Positions 54,854 to 63,231 of a stretch of DNA of 64,000 nt are shown piece after piece (positions within the stretch are counted from its first letter, which is position 1; every line of letters starts with the position of its first letter). Below the pieces are notes generated by a model. That model had not been told where the DNA came from and did no database searches. It saw only the letters and a program-made list of their open reading frames with translations. The stretch covers positions 26,914 to 90,913 of the forward strand of contig JAHHGU010000015.1 in assembly GCA_019359765.1 (NCBI GenBank), in the 5' to 3' direction. The DNA is from Aphanothece sp. CMT-3BRIN-NPC111. GTDB taxonomy: Bacteria > Cyanobacteriota > Cyanobacteriia > Cyanobacteriales > JAHHGU01. The translations under genes and the position numbers were made by a program.

Positions 54854-57100
54854 CTCTGGCTCTATAATATTTTCTGGCTCTATAATAAGTTGTGACCCTG
54901 TAATTCTAGATTTAGGGGCTATTTTAGAATCTTGGTAACTACTAGAAGAACTAGATATAGTATCTTTTGCCATATTAGCTACAACTCCTAAAATTGGAGT
55001 GGTAGATACCTTTAACTCATCTAAGGCTTGCTCTAGTACGGAACGTTTTAGTTTGCCTAGACCAGTAACTAGCACAAGTCCATTAGTATGGGCAGCCACG
55101 AGGTAGGAATCTGCAAACCCTAGAAGGGGTGGCGCGTCATAAATCACTAGATCAAAACCTGCTTGCATCTCATTCATCAAATCCTGCATCTTATGAGACG
55201 CAAGCAGCCTAACCGGGTCTGGAGGAATTGGACCAGCAGTTAGTATAAACAGGTTGTCCTCTAAAGGCGATCGCTGAACGGCATTCTCAAACTCCAGCTC
55301 TGTAGAAATAAGATCCGTTAATCCCTGGATATTCCTCAATCCTAGTCGCTCGTGCAGGCAGGGATTACGCAGGTCTGTATCAACTAGTAACACCTGCTGA
55401 CCCATCGTTGCTGCTGCTTGGGCTAGGTGTGCAGCAATAGTAGACTTACCTTCTAAGGACGTAGCTGAACTGATGACAAAGGAGCGAATTCGAGTATCAG
55501 AGCCAAGAAGGCGAATATTTGTATAGAGAGAGCGGAAGGCTTCAAAAAAGGGAACAGTCTTATACTTCTTAGGCTGACCACTATTGCTTAGCGCCAAATT
55601 AGAGTTTGCTTGATTAACCAAAAAAGCTTCATTTTTTTCAGAAGCAAATTCTCGAAGTTCTTTTTTGAAAGGAATTATCCCTAGTAGTGGCAGTTTAGTA
55701 ATATTTTTGACTTCCTTAGAGGTGTAGATGACGTTACTGAGCTTTTCTAGGAGTAAAGCAGCTGCCATACCTAACAGCAGACCTAACATAGCACCCAACA
55801 ACAAGTTATTCTTGACATTTGCTACAGAAGGTTGAGGCTTACCCACAGGGCTAAGTAACTGCCAAGGCACCTGCTTTTGAGCAGCGTCGATTCGCAACGC
55901 TTCTCGTTTTGTTAAAAATTGATTTAGGTTCTCAGTGGCAATATTTAATTCCCGCATAATGTCATTGTAAGTACGGCTAATTACTGATAATTGTTTCACT
56001 TGCAGCTGTAAGTCAGCTAGATATTGAGTTAAGGTTTGATTGCGCACTTCCAGTTCCTGGATGCTGCTAGCCATCTCTCCCTGATCTCGTTGCCCTTGCT
56101 GAGTCAACAATGTCTGAACTCGTTGCTCTTCCTGAGTTAACAAAGGGAGCAAGTTTTGTCGTTGCTGGCGTAGATCCTCGATGGTAGGACTCTCTGGCTG
56201 AAAGCGGGCTGACTCCTTGGCAATCTGAGTGTCTAATTCCTGAAGTCTATCCAACATCCTTTGGTAACGAGGATTCTCACTCAATTCCAAAGAAGTAGCC
56301 GATTTGGTTGACCCTTGCGGTAACTCGCTTTGTAACTTTGCATAGCGGGCTTGGGCTTCATTTAATTGAACCTGAGTATCTAGTTGCTGTTGTCCAAGAG
56401 CAGCAATTTGGCTAGACAGTTGTTGGCCTTTCGTTTCTGGATCAACTAAGTTATACTGCTGCCGAAGCCTTTGCAGTCGCTGTTGCTGGGCTTCAACGCG
56501 TGACCGTAGTTGAGGCAGTTGTTCTTCAACAAATTTTATTCCCCGGCGGATGTCTATCTGGCGTTCCTCTAGACTGTAGTCCAGATAAGCTTTAGCAACT
56601 AAATTTAAGACAGCCTGAACTAGCTCCGGGTCTGAATTTTGGTATGTGACTTGCAATATATTGGTATTTTTACCAAGAGTTTTTATACCTAAATTGCCAA
56701 TAACTGATTGGTAACTAATGTTGGGATAGCGAGTCTGAAGCTGCTTGACAATGGGAAGCAGCACTTTGGAACTTTGTAAAACTTGAAGTTTAGTTTCGTC
56801 TACGCCGACAGCACCTACTTTTTCCTCACTACTCAAGGTTTGGGGTACTGAAGATAGAAGCTGTGACTCGCCTGTCACAGGCTCGGTTAAAATCTCGAAG
56901 GAGGCTTGATAGACTGGAGTCTCGCTTAGAGCCTTAAGCAGGGCTCCAGAAGCCACTACAATTGTTATACCAGCAATTAAAAGTACTCGGCGACGAATAG
57001 CTCCTAGAACTTGACCCAAGTCCAACCCGCCTTCATCACCCTGATTTAACTGTGCTACTTTGGCTAGAGGCAATGGTTGAGAATTTTGTCCAGCCTTCAT
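54845..57100 (-). CDS. Polysaccharide co-polymerase / BY-kinase-type protein (Wzc/GumC-like: Wzz domain, coiled coil, P-loop domain)
   Basis: N-terminal chain-length-determinant region with TM RRVLLIAGITIVVASGALL; long coiled coil; second TM. Walker A SSATSLEGKSTIAAHLA; A' LLVDTDLRNP; B LVIYDAPPL. The C-terminal tail is Ser-rich with a single Tyr. Confidence 0.85.
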   Translation of the reverse strand: MKAGQNSQPLPLAKVAQLNQGDEGGLDLGQVLGAIRRRVLLIAGITIVVASGALLKALSETPVYQASFEILTEPVTGESQLLSSVPQTLSSEEKVGAVGVDETKLQVLQSSKVLLPIVKQLQTRYPNISYQSVIGNLGIKTLGKNTNILQVTYQNSDPELVQAVLNLVAKAYLDYSLEERQIDIRRGIKFVEEQLPQLRSRVEAQQQRLQRLRQQYNLVDPETKGQQLSSQIAALGQQQLDTQVQLNEAQARYAKLQSELPQGSTKSATSLELSENPRYQRMLDRLQELDTQIAKESARFQPESPTIEDLRQQRQNLLPLLTQEEQRVQTLLTQQGQRDQGEMASSIQELEVRNQTLTQYLADLQLQVKQLSVISRTYNDIMRELNIATENLNQFLTKREALRIDAAQKQVPWQLLSPVGKPQPSVANVKNNLLLGAMLGLLLGMAAALLLEKLSNVIYTSKEVKNITKLPLLGIIPFKKELREFASEKNEAFLVNQANSNLALSNSGQPKKYKTVPFFEAFRSLYTNIRLLGSDTRIRSFVISSATSLEGKSTIAAHLAQAAATMGQQVLLVDTDLRNPCLHERLGLRNIQGLTDLISTELEFENAVQRSPLEDNLFILTAGPIPPDPVRLLASHKMQDLMNEMQAGFDLVIYDAPPLLGFADSYLVAAHTNGLVLVTGLGKLKRSVLEQALDELKVSTTPILGVVANMAKDTISSSSSSYQDSKIAPKSRITGSQLIIEPENIIEPEKW

Positions 57101-57780
57101 CTTGGCCTCTATTATTTTAGAACCAGTTTAACGTCTCATTTTAATCTTGTCATAAACAGCTAGATATTGCCATGCAAAGACCCCTGATTGGTTCAGATAG
57201 TAGAAAGTTACTTCTCAAGAGTAATGCTATTAAGCAAATAATCAATTCAAGCTCAAAAGCCTACCATATGGGCTTTTATATCTTGTTTGTTGCATAAAAA
57301 TGTTTTCAATTATCTGTAGTTTAAACTGCTTATTGAGAATAAAGTCTTACTAAAATTGGCTAATACCGTTTCATCACTTTCTAGCTATTTACTATTCTTA
57401 AATATTAAACTTTTAAACAAGTAGAGCCACTTAATTATTTATAGGATGTGTAGAGCAGTAGCGTTCTCTTAGCATTTGTGCAGGAAACAACCCATCAAAG
57501 CTTTACAAAAATTGGGTTTCAAACCTCAAAATAACCTACTTTGGTCGTGGAAATCTTCTATCTTCCAGCGGAGTACTTTTTGTACCTTATCTCTAGAATA
57601 TTGATTTATGTTGTTTCTAACAACCAATCCGTTTTGTAGGTGAAGACAACGACCCAGAAGAGTTTCACCTTTTTTGATTGAGAAAAAGCTTTGATTTTAA
57701 TCTTTACTCGATCCGTGCACATATCTGTAGTCTCAACTCCAGTATCCAAGCAGCTGGTATTAACCCAATATGACTGGTGT

Positions 57781-58161
57781 TTATAATTCCCACTCCAGTA
57801 ATTCCGCGATTTGATTAGCTAGATTAACTGGATCAAAAGGCTTTTCAATTATTCCCTTCACACCTATTTCATCGAAGCGACGACGGTCAGCAGGCTGTAG
57901 CTTAGCAGTTAATAAAACTACAGGAATGTCCCTCGTCGAAGCTTTAGCCTGGAGCTTCGCAAATGTAGCGGAACCATCTAGGTCAGGCATCATCACGTCT
58001 AGAAGGATACCATTTGGTTGTTCAGCCTCGGCTACGAGCAGCCCCTCAGTCCCCGAACTCGCTATCATAACTGTCCACCCAACAGTAATTTCTAGGCAAA
58101 GCTGAACAACTTCCTGAATATCCGTTTCATCATCAATCACCAAGATGCGTCTATTTGTCAT
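57781..58161 (-). CDS. CheY-like single-domain response regulator
   Basis: Motifs ILVIDDETD, GILLDVMMPDLDG, VLLTA and IIEKPF. 126 aa. Confidence 0.9.
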   Translation of the reverse strand: MTNRRILVIDDETDIQEVVQLCLEITVGWTVMIASSGTEGLLVAEAEQPNGILLDVMMPDLDGSATFAKLQAKASTRDIPVVLLTAKLQPADRRRFDEIGVKGIIEKPFDPVNLANQIAELLEWEL

Positions 58162-58395
58162 ATATAATTAGGTCAACTAGCATCACATTTAGTTGCTGGG
58201 CGATCGCCTGCCCTACCGCTACCTACCTGGCCTGGTGGTTACGACTCAGTAGCCTTGCTCTTCCATTAAGGCTTTCCTCAGTTGACAAGGCTAGCGTTCA
58301 TCGTCCCACATCTAGAGTTCCCAATTTAATAGAAAAAATTTCCATTTCCTCAATTATTGAGTTTGACATTTATAAGGATACACCGCGTCTATCTT

Positions 58396-59500
58396 ATTGC
58401 TAATCCTGTTTAAAACTACTTTTGTTAGCTTACCTCAATATCTTTTGCAGCAAAGGCAGCGTGAAGTAGAAGCTGCTGCCCTGATTCACGATGCTGCTGA
58501 CCCAGATGCGACCGCTGTGCTGCTGCACAATGTGGCGGGAGATGGCCAGCCCTAATCCGGTTCCCCCTTTCTGGCGAGAATCAGAGGCATCAACCTGTTG
58601 GAAGCGCTCAAAAATACTCTCTATCTTATCGGCTGGGATACCTCTTCCCTGATCTGTGACCTGAAACACTACCTCCTGACCTTGTTTCTGGGCAGTTAAC
58701 CACACCTTTGTTCCTGGGGAGGAAAACTTGATGGCGTTACTGAGCAGATTGGTCAACACCTGAATAATGCGATCGCGATCTGCCCACAGCAGAGCCTTGA
58801 GCGGAGAAAAACACAGGGTAATAGTATTTTTTTCAGCCATGCTTTGCATTTCATCAACAGCTTGCTGCATTAAGTCAGCTGCATTGCAGGCCTGTTTTTC
58901 CATGTTTTCGGTGCCAGATGAGATGCGATCGAGATCTAATATTTCGTTAATCAAGCGTATGAGGCGATCTGTATTGCTGACAGCAATTTCTAGCATGCGT
59001 TGGCTTTTTTCCGGTTGGGCAAGCAGTAACCCCGAAGCCAGCAACCCTAGCGAACCGCGAATTGAAGTCAGGGGGGTGCGGAGTTCGTGGCTGATTACCG
59101 AGATGAATTCATCCTTCATGCGCTCTATCTCAAGACGTTCAGTGATGTCTCGAAGCACAACTTGAACAGCAGGCTTACCCTTGTAGAGAATGCTGCTGGC
59201 GTTCATCTCCACATCAATCACCTGTCCCGACAACTGCACCAGCTTGAGAGCTGGAAGTTCCACTGCTCGCTTCGCCGCTTGTACTTGCTTGATTTGCCGC
59301 TCAAAGGTTTGCCGATACTTTGGATGCACAATTTCTAGTATCGGCTTATCAATAATTGCTTCTAGGCTGCTTGCACCCAAAAGTCTGATGCCTGCTGGAT
59401 TAATGTAGACAAATTTTCCCTGACTGTAAACGGCAATCGTTTCCGGAGAAAGCTCTACCAAGCGACGGTGGCGTTCTTCACTTTCCTGTAGCGCTAATTC
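58396..59500. repeat. Duplicated about 1.1 kb segment, copy A (PAS, HisKA, HATPase and 3' flank)
   Basis: Aligns base-for-base with 59846-60950 (offset 1450 nt). Sampled 60-nt stretches show about 3 mismatches. Confidence 0.9.
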
Positions 59501-59857
59501 TGTCTGTTTGCGGTTTGTAATGTCTTGGATATGAGCCAAAAAGTACAAAGGTAACCCGTTGGTCGAGCGCACCAAGGAGACGCTCAAGAGAATCCATACC
59601 AAATGACCAAACTTGTGGCTATACCGCGTCTCTATGTGGTAGCAAGGAATCTTGCCACTGAGTAATTGATGCATGCAGTTGAGATCGGCATTTAGGTGGT
59701 CTGGATGAGTAATGGCCTGCAAGGTAGTAGCTAGCAATTCTGACTCTGAATAGCCAACAATCTCGCACAAGGTACGATTAACCTGTAGCCAAGCACCGTC
59801 TAGGCTCACCAGTGCCATTCCCATGGCAGCATACTCAAACGCACTATTGCTAAACAT
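58430..59857 (-). CDS. Soluble PAS-PAS sensor histidine kinase
   Basis: No TM segment. Two PAS domains. H-box ISHELRTPLTSIRG; N-box LTNLLSNAIKFS; G-boxes TDQGRGIP and GGTGLGLAI. The start overlaps the upstream kinase gene by 8 nt. Confidence 0.9.
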   Translation of the reverse strand: MFSNSAFEYAAMGMALVSLDGAWLQVNRTLCEIVGYSESELLATTLQAITHPDHLNADLNCMHQLLSGKIPCYHIETRYSHKFGHLVWILLSVSLVRSTNGLPLYFLAHIQDITNRKQTELALQESEERHRRLVELSPETIAVYSQGKFVYINPAGIRLLGASSLEAIIDKPILEIVHPKYRQTFERQIKQVQAAKRAVELPALKLVQLSGQVIDVEMNASSILYKGKPAVQVVLRDITERLEIERMKDEFISVISHELRTPLTSIRGSLGLLASGLLLAQPEKSQRMLEIAVSNTDRLIRLINEILDLDRISSGTENMEKQACNAADLMQQAVDEMQSMAEKNTITLCFSPLKALLWADRDRIIQVLTNLLSNAIKFSSPGTKVWLTAQKQGQEVVFQVTDQGRGIPADKIESIFERFQQVDASDSRQKGGTGLGLAISRHIVQQHSGRIWVSSIVNQGSSFYFTLPLLQKILR

Positions 59858-60950
59858 GTTTGGTACGAATTTTGTTAGCTTGCCTCAATATCTTTTGCAG
59901 CAAAGGCAGCGTGAAGTAGAAGCTGCTGCCCTGATTCACTGTGCTGGTGACCCAGATCACACCGCCGTGCTGCTGCACAATGTGGCGGGAGATGGCCAGG
60001 CCTAATCCTGTTCCCCCTTTCTGGCGAGAATCAGAGGCATCAACTTGTTGGAAGCGCTCAAAAATACTCTCTATCTTATCGGCTGGGATACCCCTTCCCT
60101 GATCTGTGACCTGAAACACTACCTCCTGACCTTGTTTCTGGGCAGTTAACCACACCTTTGTTCCTGGGGAGGAAAACTTGATGGCGTTACTGAGCAGATT
60201 GGTCAACACCTGAATAATGCGATCGCGATCTGCCCACAGCAGAGTTTTTAACGGAGAAACACACAAAACGATCGCATTATTCTCTGCCATGCCTCGCATT
60301 TCATCAACAGCTTGCTGCATCAATTCAGCTGCATTGCAGGCTTGTTTTTCCATGTTTTCGGTGCCAGATGAGATGCGATCAAGATCGAGGATGTCGTTAA
60401 TTAGGCGTATGAGGCGATCTGCATTGCTGACGGCAATTTCTAGCATACGTTGGCTTTTTTCCGGTTGGGCGAGCAGTAACCCCGAAGCCAGCAACCCTAG
60501 CGAACCGCGAATTGAAGTCAGGGGGGTGCGAAGTTCGTGGCTGATTACCGAGATGAACTCATCCTTCATCCGCTCTACCTCAAGACGTTCAGTGATGTCT
60601 CGAAGCACAACTTGAACAGCAGGCTTACCCTTGTAGAAAATACTGCTAGCGTTCATCTCCACATCAATTACCTGTCCAGACAACTGCACCAGCTTGAGGG
60701 CTGGAAGTTCCACTGCTCGTTTGACCTCTTGTACTTGCTTGATTTGACCCTCAAAAGCTTGCCGATCCTTTGGATGCACAATTTCTAGTATCGGCTTGTC
60801 AATAATTGCTTCTAGACTACTTGCACCCAAAAGTCTGATGCCTGCCGGATTAATGTAGACAAATTTTCCCTGACTGTAAACAGCAATCGTTTCCGGAGAA
60901 AGCTCTACCAAGCGACGGTAGCGTTCTTCACTCTCCCGCAGTGCGGACTC
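59846..60950. repeat. Duplicated about 1.1 kb segment, copy B
   Basis: See copy A. It lies within the 3' third of the 940-aa kinase gene. Confidence 0.9.
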
Positions 60951-62672
60951 TGCCTGTTGCCGTTCGTGAAGTTCAAGCTGTAGCTGCTCATTAGCTGTTC
61001 TTAACTCGACTGTCCGCTCTGCTACTCTGACTTCCAGTTTATCGTTGGCTTGGTGCAGAGCAATTTCTGCCTGTTTGCGCTCAATTGCCTGAGGCAATAA
61101 ATTAGCAACAGCCTGAAGAAAGTAGGTATCATCTTTAGTAAAAGTTCGTCGCCTAGTGGTATATACGCCTAAAACACCGAAAGGTCTTTCCTGTCCCTGA
61201 ATGACTACACTCATCCCGCTGACTACTCCATGTTCATGGAGTAACGGTAATTCACTAAATTGTGTTTCTTTGCGAAGGTCTTCCACAATCACAGGTTTAT
61301 CGTCAAATAAAATGTAGCCTGCCTGCGATTCCGCATTGATATCAACTGTTGCATGTCCTACAAGTCCTTCTTGCCAACCCACACCTGCCCGTAGGAAGAC
61401 AGCACGATTATCTGGAAGCAACTCTAAAATCTGGCAATACTCCACTTCCAAAGTTTGCGCGGCAATAGTTACCACCCTATCCATCAATTCAGACAGGTCT
61501 CGACCTGCCAAAGCCTGCTGGCTTAGTTCTACTACCACCATCTGCTGACGTGCCCGATCTTTAAGCATTTTCTCTGCTTGTTTTCGTTCTGTGATATCAA
61601 GTACGGCAGACTCTAATACATTGCGACCCTGGTAGACACTCTTTTTCCCAAACACCTCTAATTGAAGAGGGGTGCCATCTTTCCTAACCGCAGCCACCTC
61701 GTAGGGTTGTTCGTATCCCAATTGTGCGTTTTGCATCATCAGTGTCTGAGATTCCGGTGTGAAAAAGGCTGCCGCAGACATGCCTATGACTTCGTTTGCC
61801 TCGTATCCAAACAGCTTGGCAAACGCTTGATTGGCATCAAGAATGTGTCCCAGATCATGAATTGCGATACCTTCAACCGTTGCTTCAGCTAATAAATTAC
61901 AGCGAGTTAATGCTTGGTATAAGGTCTTTTCGGCTTGCTGGCAATTATTGATTTCGGCTTGTAGTGATTCGTTAATTTTGGTTAGCTCTGTAATATGTTC
62001 CTGAACTGTGATATCTAGTGCATCCCCTGCTGGCTGGTGATCGCGCCTTCGCTGCTGGAGTAGCAAAAAAAATCCAACTAGCAGCCCCAAACCCAAGGTA
62101 TATTCAACCAGGAAAAAAATAATCGTTTTTTGAATACCGAGTTCTGATTCCCATAACCGAGGCTGCAACAATTGCCACTCTTCGGCTTTCATTGCCTCCA
62201 ACCTTGTCAGGGCTGCATTATGTATATCTCTTCCCTGATTAATCAAACTCACTAGTACTGCTGTATTGGATTTGTCACTAGTCTGGAGGTCAATCGACTC
62301 TTGTAACAAGACCAATCTTTTGGCAATCAGGAATTGAAGGTCATTAAGTCGGCGCTCTTGGTTGGGATTATTAGCTGTCAATTGCTGGAGATTTTTTATT
62401 TTCTGGTTAATCGCTGCTACGCCCAGCTGATAAGTTTCCAGATAGCTCGCATTGTCGGCGATCGAGTAATTTTGTTGCTTTTCCTCAGCACTTTTCAGAT
62501 CAGAAGTAACATCATTGATATCTTCCAGAACTGTATAGGCGTGCTTCACCCATTTGTGATTCTCCAGCAACCTAGCACTATTCTGGTAGTAAATCACACC
62601 TATGCTGCCTAGAATCAGTAACGCCAACACTAGTCCAATGGCAACTATTCTTCTTTCAATAAACCGTTGCAT
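59850..62672 (-). CDS. Membrane sensor histidine kinase (CHASE3-like, TM, PAS, GAF, coiled coil, PAS, HisKA, HATPase)
   Basis: N-terminal TM plus ENHKWVKHAYTVLEDINDVTSDLKSAEEKQQNY (CHASE3-like). Second TM IIFFLVEYTLGLGLLVGFFLLL. PAS and GAF regions. The catalytic core is nearly identical to 58430-59857. Confidence 0.9.
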   Translation of the reverse strand: MQRFIERRIVAIGLVLALLILGSIGVIYYQNSARLLENHKWVKHAYTVLEDINDVTSDLKSAEEKQQNYSIADNASYLETYQLGVAAINQKIKNLQQLTANNPNQERRLNDLQFLIAKRLVLLQESIDLQTSDKSNTAVLVSLINQGRDIHNAALTRLEAMKAEEWQLLQPRLWESELGIQKTIIFFLVEYTLGLGLLVGFFLLLQQRRRDHQPAGDALDITVQEHITELTKINESLQAEINNCQQAEKTLYQALTRCNLLAEATVEGIAIHDLGHILDANQAFAKLFGYEANEVIGMSAAAFFTPESQTLMMQNAQLGYEQPYEVAAVRKDGTPLQLEVFGKKSVYQGRNVLESAVLDITERKQAEKMLKDRARQQMVVVELSQQALAGRDLSELMDRVVTIAAQTLEVEYCQILELLPDNRAVFLRAGVGWQEGLVGHATVDINAESQAGYILFDDKPVIVEDLRKETQFSELPLLHEHGVVSGMSVVIQGQERPFGVLGVYTTRRRTFTKDDTYFLQAVANLLPQAIERKQAEIALHQANDKLEVRVAERTVELRTANEQLQLELHERQQAESALRESEERYRRLVELSPETIAVYSQGKFVYINPAGIRLLGASSLEAIIDKPILEIVHPKDRQAFEGQIKQVQEVKRAVELPALKLVQLSGQVIDVEMNASSIFYKGKPAVQVVLRDITERLEVERMKDEFISVISHELRTPLTSIRGSLGLLASGLLLAQPEKSQRMLEIAVSNADRLIRLINDILDLDRISSGTENMEKQACNAAELMQQAVDEMRGMAENNAIVLCVSPLKTLLWADRDRIIQVLTNLLSNAIKFSSPGTKVWLTAQKQGQEVVFQVTDQGRGIPADKIESIFERFQQVDASDSRQKGGTGLGLAISRHIVQQHGGVIWVTSTVNQGSSFYFTLPLLQKILRQANKIRTKHV

Positions 62673-62913
62673 ACGATCACATAGTAGTTAATTACTGTTA
62701 CCAAAAGGCAGCAACCAGAGGTGGTGGCGCTAGCAAAATTTTACTTGACTGTGCTAATAGAGCGATCGCTAGTTGGGGATATCAAGTAGCCAGTCAGCTT
62801 CCTTGCTGTATAAACAATACAGACTCTGTATGCATTCGCATAACCTGTCATTTAACATCAAGTTAGGCTCCTCTCTCGGGCGGTTATGGATGGCAGTTTC
62901 TGACAACACATAT

Positions 62914-62948
62914 AGCAATTAGCTTTTAGCAATTAGCTTTTAGCAGTT
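62914..62948. repeat. Five tandem heptamers (AGCAATT/AGCTTTT), reverse complement of the family at 12027-12068
   Basis: Reads agcaatt agctttt agcaatt agctttt agcagtt. Confidence 0.9.
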
Positions 62949-63231
62949 GAAGAGTGATAGCGGCACTTCTGGATGCATAGGGTTGAGGTCGATTGTCAAG
63001 CGCTGCCTTGGTGACTGCGATACTTAATGCGCTGGTTATTGACTTACTCGTCGACTTTACAGTGCTTGACGAATGTTGCGGGAGAGCTTGGCATTATTTG
63101 CACTTTTCAGGATGTAGCGACTCAAGTTGCATGCCTTCGAGACCATTGAACCAAATTGGAGGCTTTGTTCCTAGATCGCGATCGCCAATCATAATAGTTG
63201 ATCAAATTCCTTAACTGAGCTAACTTCAAGA

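Noticed and set aside
58767-59165. Pair of near-identical 132-aa plus-strand ORFs (also 60217-60615)
   Set aside because: They are antisense shadows of the duplicated kinase core. Their similarity only reflects the DNA duplication.
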